Source of the DNA: an uncultured delta proteobacterium
Lineage (GTDB): Bacteria > Desulfobacterota > Syntrophobacteria > Syntrophobacterales > Syntrophobacteraceae
Length of the DNA: 64,000 nt
Reading direction: 5' to 3'
NCBI GenBank assembly: GCA_963808625.1
Contig: CAWEHK010000015.1
Location: 14,194 to 78,193 of the forward strand
Numbering within the stretch: position 1 is the stretch's first letter; each line of letters starts with the position of its first letter. The notes beneath the pieces are model-generated. The model made no database searches, was not told the DNA's origin, and saw only the letters and a program-made list of their open reading frames with translations. Below, one piece after another: positions 41,434-53,139 of this stretch. A program made the position numbers and the translations under genes.

Positions 41434-41868
41434 CTAGTTTGCACCGAATGACCTGACCCAAAACGCTTGAACCTCATACCACTCCCCTGATCTGTCTTGA
41501 AGCTCCAGAGTTACGGGGCGAATGAGGTTCTTACGGATCAATAGGCCGATGGCCTCGTTCGCTTCCACATAATTGAAAACGCCCAAGAGGCCTTTTTGAA
41601 TCTGCAAGGTGGTTTTTTTCTCGTTGCCAATGATCTTAAGGATCTCAACCGAAATAGATTCGATTCGCCGTTCGTGTTGGTAGACTCGATAAAGGAGGAC
41701 TCCGGTAAAAAGAATTACCAAGAAGAGCACAGCTAAAAGTAGTTCGATCTTTTTATGGGGGTCACCCTTCTTGGGGCCAGCACGGAAGAAGACTCCGACT
41801 ATGAGTCCGCCAAACGCGATTGAAAAACTGGCAATGGACAGCAATGTCTCCAATGAGATACTCATCAT
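41434..41868 (-). CDS. Hypothetical 2-TM membrane protein
   Basis: 144-aa ORF co-oriented with neighbours, two TM segments. Confidence 0.65.
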   Translation of the reverse strand: MMSISLETLLSIASFSIAFGGLIVGVFFRAGPKKGDPHKKIELLLAVLFLVILFTGVLLYRVYQHERRIESISVEILKIIGNEKKTTLQIQKGLLGVFNYVEANEAIGLLIRKNLIRPVTLELQDRSGEWYEVQAFWVRSFGAN

Positions 41869-41885
41869 CCTTCACATTCCAGTGT

Positions 41886-42314
41886 CTAAAAACCAACGCG
41901 TTCAGCCCCCAGCAGCGTTGCGGGCCCATTGTCACCCCCGAGTGGGTATTTCCCCCAAGGATTAGGTCCACCGTGAACTGATATTTGGACAACACGGCGG
42001 TGATCTTCTTTGAGGGTTACCTGCACGATTCTACTAGGTGGGACAAGAACTCTACTCCCTTCAATCCCTGCTGGGTCGTCTGGAGAGTCTCCTTTCGACA
42101 ACAATCTGACAACGATATTCTCAGCAGCGCCACCAATTGTGAGCTTGAGCTTATCGCCCTGTTTGAAGTCAGTCGGCTTCTCCAGATCAATCCAGCCAGA
42201 TCCCCATCGTGATGAAGCTCCCACGGCACCTGTGAGGGGTTCAGAGTATGCCACTTGCAGACCCATCAAAACCACTCCAAAGAACAAAATAACTGTTGCC
42301 AGAAGACGTTTCAT
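41886..42314 (-). CDS. Hypothetical secreted beta-rich protein
   Basis: AGGAGG RBS; signal peptide MKRLLATVILFFGVVLMGLQVAYS. Confidence 0.75.
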   Translation of the reverse strand: MKRLLATVILFFGVVLMGLQVAYSEPLTGAVGASSRWGSGWIDLEKPTDFKQGDKLKLTIGGAAENIVVRLLSKGDSPDDPAGIEGSRVLVPPSRIVQVTLKEDHRRVVQISVHGGPNPWGKYPLGGDNGPATLLGAERVGF

Positions 42315-42586
42315 TTCAAATCCTCCTTGATTCTAAGGGTACCTGTAAGCACTGATTCTAGTCGCACCAGACTGCCTGCGACTCTGCGGCCAACCGATTC
42401 GCCGCGATGGTAAAATCTTGCACCAAAAATATGATGCCACAAGATTGCCAGTTTCTGCAAATGTGAACTTTGACACACTTGAGCCTCCTACAAAAGTGTT
42501 CATGAGTATACAGTCAAAAGTGTCCGCCAGGTTCTGATATGACGATTTTCGCAGCAGCCCATTAGGCCTTCGCGGTCGCTACGGTC

Positions 42587-43647
42587 TCACCGATCCCTGT
42601 GGCCATTTGATTCAATGCGGATCGGATAGCGCGCTGCAAAACCTCCCCAGTCGCCATGTCGGTAGCCGATAACCGATTCATGGCGCAGATCGTACGGTAG
42701 TTCGGGGAGCATCTGGTCGCCTGCTGCAAACTCGCAAAGGAGGATCACCTGCTTGCCTTGTGCGTGCGAAAGTCCCAGTTCATACATCACATTGGCATTG
42801 TTACCGGTGATAACGGCAAGACCACACGTTGAGGTCCGGATCGCTCCATACAGTGCGCTGACCACATCACCCACCAGGTCGAGCTGATCGATCCTGACCG
42901 GCAAGAAGCCACAGGTTTCGATCTCGGGCTTGATTGCCTGGCAATAAAGGGGAAGGAATTCGGGACCAAATGGCATCATGACGAAGCACTTTCTTTTGAG
43001 CTGGTGGAGCAGGTGTTGCCTGACAGCGCGGGAGAGTGCGGCGATTTGTTCCCCGGCAAGATCCCTCAATGACAATGCCTCCCAAGCCAGCGCTGTTTCT
43101 GGATCAATCTCGAACCACTCACAAATGATCGCCTTGTTTTCATGCCAGCGAACACCAGCCACGCCGCCTGTGAACGGCAGGGGCAGGATTGGCTTTTCCA
43201 GTGCCAAAGCTAGGTCTATAACTTCTCTGGTTCCTTTAGCACCCTCAATCGCAACCATCACATCTACGGAGCCCACAAGTTTAAAGCGGCGTGACTGAAG
43301 GCTGCGGCCGTAAAGATGGGTGACGATGCCTTCCTTGAATCGCACAATGTTTGAGGAGTCCTTCTCCGGGTCCGCCAACAGGGTTTCAATGTGGTTTTCC
43401 ATCGCGTCTCCGCGTGCCTTCAACGACGCGCAAGCCCCTTTCACAAAAGACCAGTCGCCGGATGGACTCCCAGCGTCGTGAACAAAGCCCTTGAAGCCTC
43501 CGGTTACCAGCATCAGGCCCTCTTCGAGCGCCAGTTGTGCCCCGAGACTCTCGGCAAAGAGGGCATTCTCAGGCCGAATACGGGTCCCTCCACATAATCC
43601 TATCCGTCGGCGCCGAACTGCCGAAGAAAAGTTTCATCCGAATCCAT
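42587..43647 (-). CDS. SLOG (LOG/DprA-like) domain fused to a nucleoside-deoxyribosyltransferase/TIR-like domain
   Basis: RIGLCGG...LGAQLA...LVTGG...VAIEGAKGT...KPILPLPFTGG, then CFVMMPF...NANVMYELGLSHAQGKQVILL...LPYDLRH; 5' end apparently frameshifted. Confidence 0.7.
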
Positions 43648-44172
43648 GATATTCGTCCACCTCTCGCTGCTGTTGCCTTGCAGGAATTGGCCATCGTTCC
43701 TGGAAATCCCATCTTGCATCTTGGTAGGGATTCAGCATTCAAAGAACTCCGTTATCAACTGGTCGTCCACATTGACAGGAATTCGGCTGGAGTTGTTGCT
43801 GATAAGGCCAGCGAAGGGCCTTTCCTCCATATCTTCAAGTGCTGGCGCGATGCGTGAAGCTCGTCCAGAGTTCCCCTGTAACCTGCATGTGCGTCAGATT
43901 CCAATCGGCATGCCAGATTTCCGCTATAATTACCTCCTTATACATGATTTTATGGTCTTCTGTGAAGGGTTCGAAAATGTTTATTGCTTGGGAGAGGACA
44001 TGTCTGAATGTCCGAATAGTTGTCAGAAAATCTGTTGCCAGAAAACCGTGGCCAAATGTTCTCACCCCATGAGGCATGTGTTATGTTAGAAACCTTTCTT
44101 TGCCTGACTTGTCAAGCAAATCGAGGGGAGAAAGGTAAGCTCCATGGAATATCACCTTGGGTGTTTTGAGGA

Positions 44173-44774
44173 ATGAAGGTCCTTGCTGTTTACGGAAGTC
44201 CGCGCCGCCGGGGCAACACCTCCCTGCTGCTGAAGAAGGCTGTGGAGGGGGCCAGTGAGGCTGGGGCGGAGGTCGAAGAGATCGTCCTTCGCGATCTCAA
44301 AATGGTCCCTTGCCTGGAGATTTATGGCTGCAAGAAAGCCGGCCGGTGCGTCATCCAGGACGACTTTCAGCGGGTCTACGATCAGTTGCTGGCATGCCGG
44401 GGACTGATGCTGGCGTCGCCGATTTTTTTCTACGCGGTGAGCGCTCATACCAAGGTCCTCATGGACCGGTGCCAGTCCCTGTGGGTAAAGAAGTACTGGA
44501 TCGACAAGGTCCCCTTCGGTCAAGGGGAAATCAAGCGCAAGGGCCTGTTTATTTCCGCCGGGGCCACCAGCGGGAAGAGCTCTTTGACGGGGCACTCCTC
44601 AGCGTGCGCTATTTCTTTGATGTCCTCGATATGGAAGTCTGGCGAACCTTGCTTCATCGCGGCCTGGACCACGAAGGGGACGTCCTGCAGCACCCCGAGT
44701 ATCTCGAAGAAGCTTATCGAGCGGGGAAGGAACTAGTGATCAGTGGTCAGTGGTCAGTGGACAGTGAACAGTAA
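44173..44774 (+). CDS. Flavodoxin-like / iron-sulfur flavoprotein (frameshift ~44575)
   Basis: GSPRRRGNT, PCLEIYGC...CVIQDDF, ASPIFFY, KVLMDRCQ. Confidence 0.9.
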
Positions 44775-45105
44775 TGAGTGATGAGTGGACAGTAGAAAGT
44801 GATGTCTACGGTGTATCTCTATTTTTGGAGTTCGTGGTAAGTTGTTTGATCATGAGGGGCAGACGCGTAGGTTGGGTTTCGTTCCGTTGCGAAACACGCA
44901 TATAATTGTGGAGGTCCCGGAGGAACGAAACCCAACAAAAGCCGACCAACGGAAGCGGAATGTTGGATTTCGTTCCTGATCGGTCAAGGCATCGGGAAAC
45001 GCAATCATGGTGAGGAAAGAAACCCAACCTACGAAGCGCCTGGATCTTATCACTCATCACTCATCACTCACCACTGACTACTGACCACTGATCACTGATC
45101 ACTGT
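44735..45105. repeat. Inverted heptamer arrays (CAGTGGT... / ...ACCACTG) enclosing a GTAG-type REP doublet at 44866-45033
   Basis: cagtggtcagtggtcagtgg; cgtaggttgggtttcgttcc...gaaacccaacctacg; accactgactactgaccactgatcactg. Confidence 0.85.
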
Positions 45106-45106
45106 C

Positions 45107-46886
45107 ATGGAGGTAAGAAAAGATTCTTCAGAACAGCTCCTGGCGCGCAGTCGACCTCATTCGTCCCTATTTCAGGCGCTATGCCTTGCGGGTGTCGGCG
45201 GGTTTTTTCGCCCTTATGGCGGTGGATTTCCTGCAGCTCGTTATCCCGCGCGTGATCAAGACCGCAGTCGATGCGCTGCAGTTGGGATCAGCTACGCCGC
45301 GCAGCCTGCTGATATCCGGGGCATACATTATCCTTTTGGCCCTGGCCATCGCGGTTCTGCGCTTCTTTTGGCGCAATTTGCTTCTAGGCTTTTCCCGGTC
45401 TTTGGAGACCGATCTTCGAGGCCGTCTCTTCGCTCACGTTTTGACCCTCGACCGGGCCTTTTTCCAGCGGCGCACGGTCGGGGAAATCATGGCCCTGGCC
45501 ACCAATGACCTGTCATCGGTCCAACTGGCGAGCGGTATGGGCCTGGTGGCTTTTGTGGATGCCGCCTTCATGGGCGTGGCGGCCATCGCCTTCATGGCTT
45601 ATATCAATCCCGGATTGACGGCCATCGCCATCGCTCCCATGCCGCTCCTTGCCATCCTGACCCGCTATCTGTCCGCACGTCTGCACCGGCATTTCAAGAA
45701 AGTTCAAGAACAGTTTTCCTCGCTGACGGAGTTCGCCCGTTCGACGTTTTCCGGGATGAGGCTGATCAAGGCTTACAACCAGGAAAAACTCCAGAGTGAG
45801 CGCTTCGAACGCATGGGCAGGACCTACGTGCGCGACAATCTCCGACTTTCCTTTGTCTACGGCACCCTCTTTCCGGTTTCCGGATTCATTGGCAGTGCCA
45901 GTCTTCTCCTGGTCCTTATCTTTGGCGGCCGGATGGTGATCACGGGGGTGATCACGGCGGGTGATTTCGTCGCCTTCATCAACTATCTTCTGCTCATGAC
46001 CTGGCCCATGATGGCAATCGGTTGGGTGGCGGACCTGTTTCAGCGCGGGATGACGTCGCTGGGAAGAATCCAGGCCCTGTTTGATGAAAGGCCGAGCCTG
46101 CAAGACCCGGCCAGCCCGGTGCCGGCGCCTGCCTTGAAAGGAGGGATAGAGGTCCGCAACCTTGCCTTTACCTATCCCCAACAAACCCGGGCAGCGCTTC
46201 ACGACCTCAACCTGGAAGTCCGCGAGGGCCAATTCCTCGGCATTGTCGGGAGGACCGGTTCGGGGAAGACTACCCTGTGCCATCTCCTGACCAGACTCTA
46301 CCCGGTTGCGGACGGCACGATTTTCTTCGATGGTCGGGATGTGAACGGGCTGCCCCTTGCTGCGATAAGAGAAGCGATTGCCTATGTTCCCCAGGAGGTG
46401 ATCCTCTTTTCGGACACCATCGCCTTCAACATCACCATGGGTAAACCGGAAGCGGCACAGGAGGAGATTGAAGCGGCGGCAAAAGCTGCTGCCATCCACG
46501 ATGAGATCATGGCGATGAAGGATGGGTATCAGACCCGGATTGGGGAGCGGGGCGTGAAGTTGTCGGGCGGCCAGCGACAGCGGGTGGCCATCGCCCGTGC
46601 CTTGCTGCTCGATCGGCCCATGATCATCATCGACGACGGCCTTTCCGCGGTGGACATGGAAACCGAGCATGCGATCATTCGCTCGATTGCCGGCTACCTC
46701 AAGGGCCACACCTGCATCATCGTGTCCCATCGCATCGCCCCCCTCGCCGATGCCGACGAGATCCTGGTCATGGAACGCGGGCGCATTGTCGCTCGGGGGA
46801 ATCACGATGAGTTCCTTGAGGCGAGCCCCTTTTACGCGACCATTTATCGGCAGCAGAGTGTTGAAGGGTTGATGGTTGATGGTTGA
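45107..46886 (+). CDS. Multidrug-type ABC exporter subunit 1 (MdlA/YheI-like; probable 5' frameshift)
   Basis: TM domain; GRTGSGKT, LSGGQRQRVAIARALL, degenerate Walker B IIDDG. Confidence 0.92.
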
Positions 46887-47168
46887 GGGTTGATGGTTGA
46901 GGGTTGATAGTTGATGGATGAAGGGTTGATAGTTGGTGGTGACAGATGATGGTTGATGGCTGGAGGGTTGATCGTTGATGGTAGAAGTGAGGAAACGGTT
47001 GGTTGTTAAGTAGCCGCGTCGTCGCACCGAGAGATTTGTTGATTCCCCAGAGATGTTCATCTTGAAGGTTCCCCCCCCCATCTCCCAAACATCTCCGCCA
47101 TGAACCATGTAACCATCACTACATCAACTATCAACCATCAACCATCAACCACAATCCCATCAACCATC
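46868..47168. repeat. Inverted heptamer arrays (TTGATGG/TTGAGGG)n ... (ATCAACC)n
   Basis: Read directly between the two ABC genes. Confidence 0.85.
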
Positions 47169-47181
47169 ACAAGGGTTCTTC

Positions 47182-49009
47182 ATGCAGCATAATTACGGTT
47201 ATTTTGAAGACGATCATATCGGTCAGATGGGTGACGTCAGGCTCTGGCGGCGTTTGTTCGGGTTCATCCTCCCCCAGTGGCGATGGGTGGCGGTTGCGGT
47301 TCTGCTGTCCTTCATTGTAACCGCGACCAGCCTGACATTGCCGCGTCTGATCCAGGTGGGAATGGATCGTTATATCATCGGCGCGGACCTTGGGCTGGAA
47401 GAACGCCTGTCGGGGTTGACGCAGCTCGGGCTGCTGTTTCTGGGGGTGATCGTAATCGGTTTCGTCACCAATTTCTTCCAGGTCATTGCCCTCGAATGGA
47501 CCGGACAAAACATCATGCACGCCATTCGTCAGCACCTCTTCACTCACGTGCTGAGCCTGAATCTCGCTTTCTTCAACGCGCATCCGGTGGGAAGACTGGT
47601 CACGCGCCTCACCAACGACATCCAGAACATGTATGAAATGTTCACCTCGGTCATCATCACGCTCTTTAACGATGGCGTCCGCCTCCTGGGTATTCTCGCC
47701 ATTCTCTACTGGATGAACTGGCGTCTGGCCTTGCTGCTCTGTGCCACCTTTCCGATCATGCTCGTCATCACCTTCTGGTTTGGCCGTTTGAGCCGCGACG
47801 CCTTTCGGCGAATTGCGCACCCATCTGGCGGCGATCAATGCGTTCCTCCAGGAAGCCGTCTCAGGAGTCTCCGTCATCCAGCTCTTTCTGAGGGAAAAGG
47901 ACGCCCACCGGAGGTTCGCGAAGCTGAGCGACCGGTATTATCACTCAGCCTATTATCAAATCTGGATCTTCGGCATTTTCATCCCGTTGATCGAAGTGAT
48001 GAGCTCCGTCTCGTTGGCCTTGATCATCTGGTACGGAGGCAAGGAAATCCTGCAGGAACACATGACCATAGGGGTGCTGGCAGCCTTCATCGCGTACATG
48101 AGGCTTTTTTTCCAGCCCGTGCGCGAGCTCTCCCAGAAATACTCCATCGTGCAGTCTGCCATGGCTTCGGCAGAGCGGATCTTCCACCTCCTGGAGACCA
48201 GGGATGTCCTGCCGACGGTGGAGCATCCGGTTGTTCCCGGGAGACGTCCGGGGCGAAATTGCGTTCACGCAGGTGGATTTTGCTTACGAGCCGGGCCAGC
48301 CCGGTAATCAGGGACCTTTCATTTCAGACGCGTGCGGGTGAAACACTGGCGATTGTGGGCGCTACGGGGTCCGGAAAGACAACGCTGATCAACCTTCTCG
48401 AGCGGTTTTACGATCCCTGCGAGGGGTCCATCAGTCTGGATGGTGTGGATCTGCGCCAGTTTGACCCGAACTGGCTGAGGGAACAAATCGGATTGGTCAT
48501 GCAGGACGTGTTCATTGTGCCTGGCACGGTAAGAGAAAATATTGTGCTGGACCGGCGAGCTTTCTCGAGAGGAACTGGAAAGGATCGTCGAGCTCTCCCA
48601 GCTTTCGGCAATGGTCAGGAGGCTTCCCCAGGGACTGGAAACCAAAATCGGGGAAGGCGCCATGGACCTCTCGGCCGGTCAGAAACAACTCCTCGCTCTT
48701 GCCCGGGTGTTTGCCCGGAATCCCCGCATCCTGGTGCTGGACGAGGCCACGGCAAATGTGGACACGGAAACGGAAATGTTTGTGGAACAGGCCATCCAGG
48801 CCGCTCTGGCAAACCGCACGAGCATCGTCATCGCCCATCGCCTGTCCACCATCCGGAGGGCTGACCGCATTCTGGTCATGGACCATGGTCGGATCGTGGA
48901 ACAGGGAACCCATGAAGCCCTGATGGAGCAACATGGGCTCTATTACCACCTGCAGACCTTGCAGAATGGAGAGCAGTGGTCAGTGAACAGTGGCAGGGTT
49001 AGTGATTAG
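47182..49009 (+). CDS. Multidrug-type ABC exporter subunit 2 (MdlB/YheH-like; several frameshifts)
   Basis: PVGRLVTRLTND, GATGSGKTT, LSAGQKQLL, VLDEATANVD, IAHRLSTI. Confidence 0.92.
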
Positions 49010-49036
49010 TGGCTAGTGGTTAGTGACTGGTGATTA

Positions 49037-49167
49037 GAAGCTATCTCAATATCGTCAAGGCGCTACTCAATCGTCATTCCGGCGAAAGCCGGAATCCAGG
49101 TTTTCCGTGGCGTTCTGGACCCCGGCTTCCGCCGGGGTGACGATATGGGCCAGTTTTGGATAGCTTC
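49037..49167. mobile_element. 131-bp MITE with internal REP-like hairpins
   Basis: TIRs gaagctatctcaa / ttttggatagcttc, TTA on both sides (49034-49036, 49168-49170), inserted in a heptamer array. Confidence 0.7.
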
Positions 49168-49301
49168 TTAGTGGTTGGCTTCTCCAACGCACCGTGTTCC
49201 CGCAGCTTTCACCGCTCACTCATGGCTCCCAGCCCCGCTTTTTGTGCCCACTTAATCGGACACCCAGCACTGCTAGCACTCACGCCCTCGCCCACCTATC
49301 T

Positions 49302-50467
49302 CTAGCGCAAAAAAGCCCCGATCTTTCCTGCCGCCTCCAGTTGCTTGCGGGCATCAGCACCGCGGATCTCGTCGCTCCTTCCACCCATTTCCAGGACGCG
49401 CTCGGAAGTTAGCCAGAGCATGTCCTCGACGGTCTCCAGCAGCTTGGAGCAATAGGGGCAGTTTGCGTTCGAGGGGGCCTGATCTAACAGCACGTCGCAG
49501 CCGGGGCATCGATACCCGCCCAGTCTCACCCCGAAAGGATAAAGCAGGCGATGGACACGACCCTGGTTGACGGCGTCAAGGGTGGCATTGAGTCCCAGGA
49601 CAGCCTTCTTGGCCGCGGGCTCGGTTTTTTGAGCCATGGTTACGAGGTCTTCCACCAACGCCAGTTCCTGACTACGTTCCAGCTTCTCGATGGAGGGAAA
49701 GGAAAGTTCGAGGACTTCGTTGGCTTTTGCCGACGACGCGATCCTCAGTCGGTCCACCACGCGAGGCGCCACCGCTTTGGGTAAGAGGCGCTGCAGTTCC
49801 GCCGTAACGTCTTCGGGACCTGCCAGGAGGATGCGGTCGATGTCATATTTCTTGATAAGATCGTACAGGATGTCGGAAACATCCTTTAAGAAACCACCCG
49901 CTCCAGGTCGCCGCCCGCCGCTGAAAGATCATCTGCGAGCGCATATGGTCGCTTCCCGCAGTGCTGCGGTGCTTGACCGGGGGTTCCTGGAAAACGTCGG
50001 ATACTTCCTCGATAACGCCCATGGAAATGACAAAGAAGCGAGCTCGTTCGCGATCCACGAGCACCACTCCATAGCGTTCGTATTCACCCATGGTTTCGAG
50101 CAAAGGCCGAACATAAGGGGTGTTTCCAAACCAGGCTTGGGTCGCCATGCGAACCGGCAGGTCTTCCTCAAAGTAAAAAGATTCCGAAACATCGCAGAAG
50201 AGCATCAGGCTCTTTCCCTTTGCCAGATGAAAATCCACCTTCTGGCGAATCCAACCGGCATCTTCGCGGAAGTGTCGAAGTTTCGCTTCATCTTCGATCT
50301 GTGATTCAAGGTCCTTCAACATCGTTTCGAGGGCCACTTTGTGACCGCTGCGGCGATTCAGAGGGATCATTGACCTCCAGGTCCAAATAGACGCTCAAAA
50401 CGGGAGAACCCTCTCGAACAGTCCGTCCTGCCAAATCGTGAATCATGTGCGGTTGCAGTACCTTCAT
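49302..50467 (-). CDS. Bacterial eRF1-like (baeRF) protein (frameshifted)
   Basis: PVLSVYLDL, PYVRPLL...YGVVLVDRERARFF, ILLAGPEDV, AVLGLNATLDAVNQGRV, CPGC/CPYC, GKIGAFLR. Confidence 0.8.
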
Positions 50468-50779
50468 GGCTTAACCCTCCCCTTGTTGAGATTGTTCATG
50501 CCCTTTGCTTCCGACGACTACTTGCTTGGTACTTGGCGTGTTGGCTATTGCTTGGCGGTTGGCTGCTTGGCTGTTGGTGCTTAGCTCTGGGGTCGCATGG
50601 CCAGAGTTGCGAGCACCATCGTGTAAGCGGACAATATAACCATTCCTCTAAGGATGAAGTGCTGCGCAGTCGACCAACCGCAACTCAGCTGACCAGACGC
50701 GGGACACGTGAAATGTCAGGTGTTGAGTCTCCAACTTCTTGCATAGGAATCGCGTGATCACTGTCCACGAGCGCAATGG

Positions 50780-51507
50780 TCACGAACCACTAAGCTCCAC
50801 TGGACAATTGTCAGAAAAGAACCGAATGATCGGTGCAATCACTACGATGAGAGGGGCAATGGCCAGAGCGGGTAAGAAATTGGCGAGTCGAATGTCCTTC
50901 AGGTCCAGGAGCTTGAGGCTGATGCCGACAATGATCAATCCTCCCGTGGCGGTCATTTCCGCGATCATTGGGTCCGTGAGCAGCCTTGAGAGGGTGGATG
51001 CGAAGAAAGTTATGCCTCCCTGGTAAAGGAGGATGCTCAGGGCCGACAGGGACACCCCCCAGCCGAGACTTGCGGAAAAGGCTACAGCGGCAAATCCATC
51101 CAGGACCGACTTCACCGCCAGCAACCGATAGTCACCCGACATGCCATCCTGGATCGAGCCCAGAATGGCCATGGGGCCTACACAAAAGACCAGGCTGGCG
51201 GTGACAAATCCTTCACCGAAAAGCGGGTTCCCGCCCTTGGTCAAAGCTGACTGGAGCAAGGCCCCGAAGCGCTCGAGTCCGTCATGAATTCTCAAGAGCT
51301 CGCCCAGCAACCCACCCATGAGAACGGCCCCGAGAACGAACATGACGTTCCTTGTCCCGAGGGCCATCTGGAGCCCGACCAGCAGGTGAGCAGGCCAAGG
51401 CCGTTGAGCACGGTCTGGCGCATCCGTTCCGGCAGCCGCGAACCAATGGATACCCCGATGACACTCCCCGTAACGATAGACCCTACATTGATCGCGGTCC
51501 CTAGCAT
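50780..51507 (-). CDS. DUF554-family membrane protein (frameshift ~51385)
   Basis: MLGTAINV, EGFVTASLVFCVGPMAILGSIQDG, KSVLDG, IRLANFLPAL. Confidence 0.9.
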
Positions 51508-51757
51508 GATGTTGACTCCGTGTCAACTGGAACCGAAAACCGGGCTTTCGGATCCTGAAGCAAAGGTGTAAAATAATGGATAGCCGACACCTATGGAAGA
51601 AGAAATTATGCGAATACTTATAGCGTACCAAGTTGACCCGTGCAAGTTGATTCTTGACATGCACGACATTATATTGCTTATTATCTTAAAAGTCAAGAAT
51701 TTGGAGAGGGTCGTCCCGAGTTTTACGTGACCATGGATTTTAGAAAGGAGCGAACGG

Positions 51758-51950
51758 ATGGCAGTATTTAAATGCAATAAATGCGGCAATACGATTGATG
51801 TCGATGTCTCCGCCCGAAATTTGTCCTTCCTGCAAAGAGAAGTGTGAATTTGTTGACGTCAGTTGCTACATTCCCGAATGTGGAGGACCGGGATCGGGCA
51901 ACATCAATCCTCAAGTTTTCCAGGAGAGCTACAAGTCGGACAAGAAGTAG
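51758..51950 (+). CDS. Small rubredoxin-like protein (one extra base)
   Basis: AAGGAG RBS; MAVFKCNKCG...PPEICPSCKEKCEFVDVSCYIPECGGP. Confidence 0.75.
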
Positions 51951-52266
51951 TTGGTCCTGGAGCCTTTATCGACAATAGGTTTCTCCGATCCCGAGGCATC
52001 ATCTTTTCCGCTTCCCCTCTGATTCGCCAAGGTCCCCGTCGATGCACCGCTTCCAAGTACTTTCCATCAGGCAATTTCTTCGGGATTTGTGAATGATAAA
52101 CGGGCGGTGAAATCCCGCTCGAGCAACCCGCGCAGTCTTTGCCGATGCAATATCCGGTGGGGATTGTGTTGTAGCCAGGAAATGTTTTGCTGCACATGGT
52201 CTTTTGACGCGAAAGCGGGGGGTGCAAGCAATGGTTTTTCATGGGTTTCCGGCAGAGAAGGGGAGA

Positions 52267-52696
52267 ATGGCAATGAAGGATAAGCGCAGCTTACATTTGA
52301 AGGTTTTAGAGCTCTGTAACTGTTACGCAACCACAGATTACCTGAAAGAGATGTCGGTGTTGCCCGGAGAAATGGATAAAGAGGAAGGGGCGCTCAAGTG
52401 GGTGGCGCTCACCGTGTTGCATGGGATCAATGGGAATGCCAAAAAAATCTACCCTGAGCAGGGAAAAGGATGGACAGATCAGGGTTGTTGCCAAATATCG
52501 CAAATCGGAGCTGCCTTCCCCCGGCGGTGAGGTTGGCGGGAAGGTGCTGGATGTATTGAAAGAGATTACCCACATCGAGGGCGAGGGAGGCAAAATCCCC
52601 CTGGCCATAGCGATTCGTGACAGCAGCTTTGAGGTGACGGTCAAGCTGGAGCAGGATGAGGAAAGCGAGACGGTCACCATCGAATTTCCAAAATAG
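52267..52696 (+). CDS. Conserved-looking hypothetical protein (frameshift in A-run at 52441)
   Basis: ORFs 52204-52530 and 52421-52696 join at the poly-A run. Confidence 0.7.
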
Positions 52697-52813
52697 GTTA
52701 CAGTGACGCGTCGTTAATCGTTATCGGTTATTCGTTTTCGTGACGTCACCATCGAATTTCCAAAGCAGATGATAGTTGTTCCGCAACAGCGTCACCGCAA
52801 GGACCCTTGATTT

Positions 52814-53104
52814 GTGGGGCAGGCTTTCCAGCCTGCCTTTTGGCGGTCCCGGCATACCAGGACGGAAAGCCTGCCCTGCCCTGCTCTGCTCTGGGCTTGG
52901 CGCTTTGTCAAGGCAGTGTGGAAAGGTGGGTGCGTCTCTTTGTGCCCAATGGGACCGCGCGGAAGCTTAATCCGGCGTGTAACAAGTACAGCACAGCAGA
53001 ATAAAGTGTCCCTTACCACCCGGTCGTCATTCCCGCATGCTCTTAGCGGGAATCCAGGGAATTTGCACAGCCTGGATTCCCGCCAGAAACGCGCGGGAAT
53101 GACG
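52814..53104. repeat. REP-like palindromes (GGGGCAGGCTTTCCAGCCTGCC and GTCATTCCCGC families)
   Basis: gtggggcaggctttccagcctgcc (also at 56141) and gtcattcccgc...gcgggaatccag...ctggattcccgc...gcgggaatgac. Confidence 0.8.
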
Positions 53105-53139
53105 AGTAGCATTCAGACACCCATTTATGCCTGGGTATA

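Noticed and set aside
44735..47168. Repeat arrays as possible CRISPR
   Set aside because: Period-7 tandem units with no unique spacers, and no cas genes in the window.
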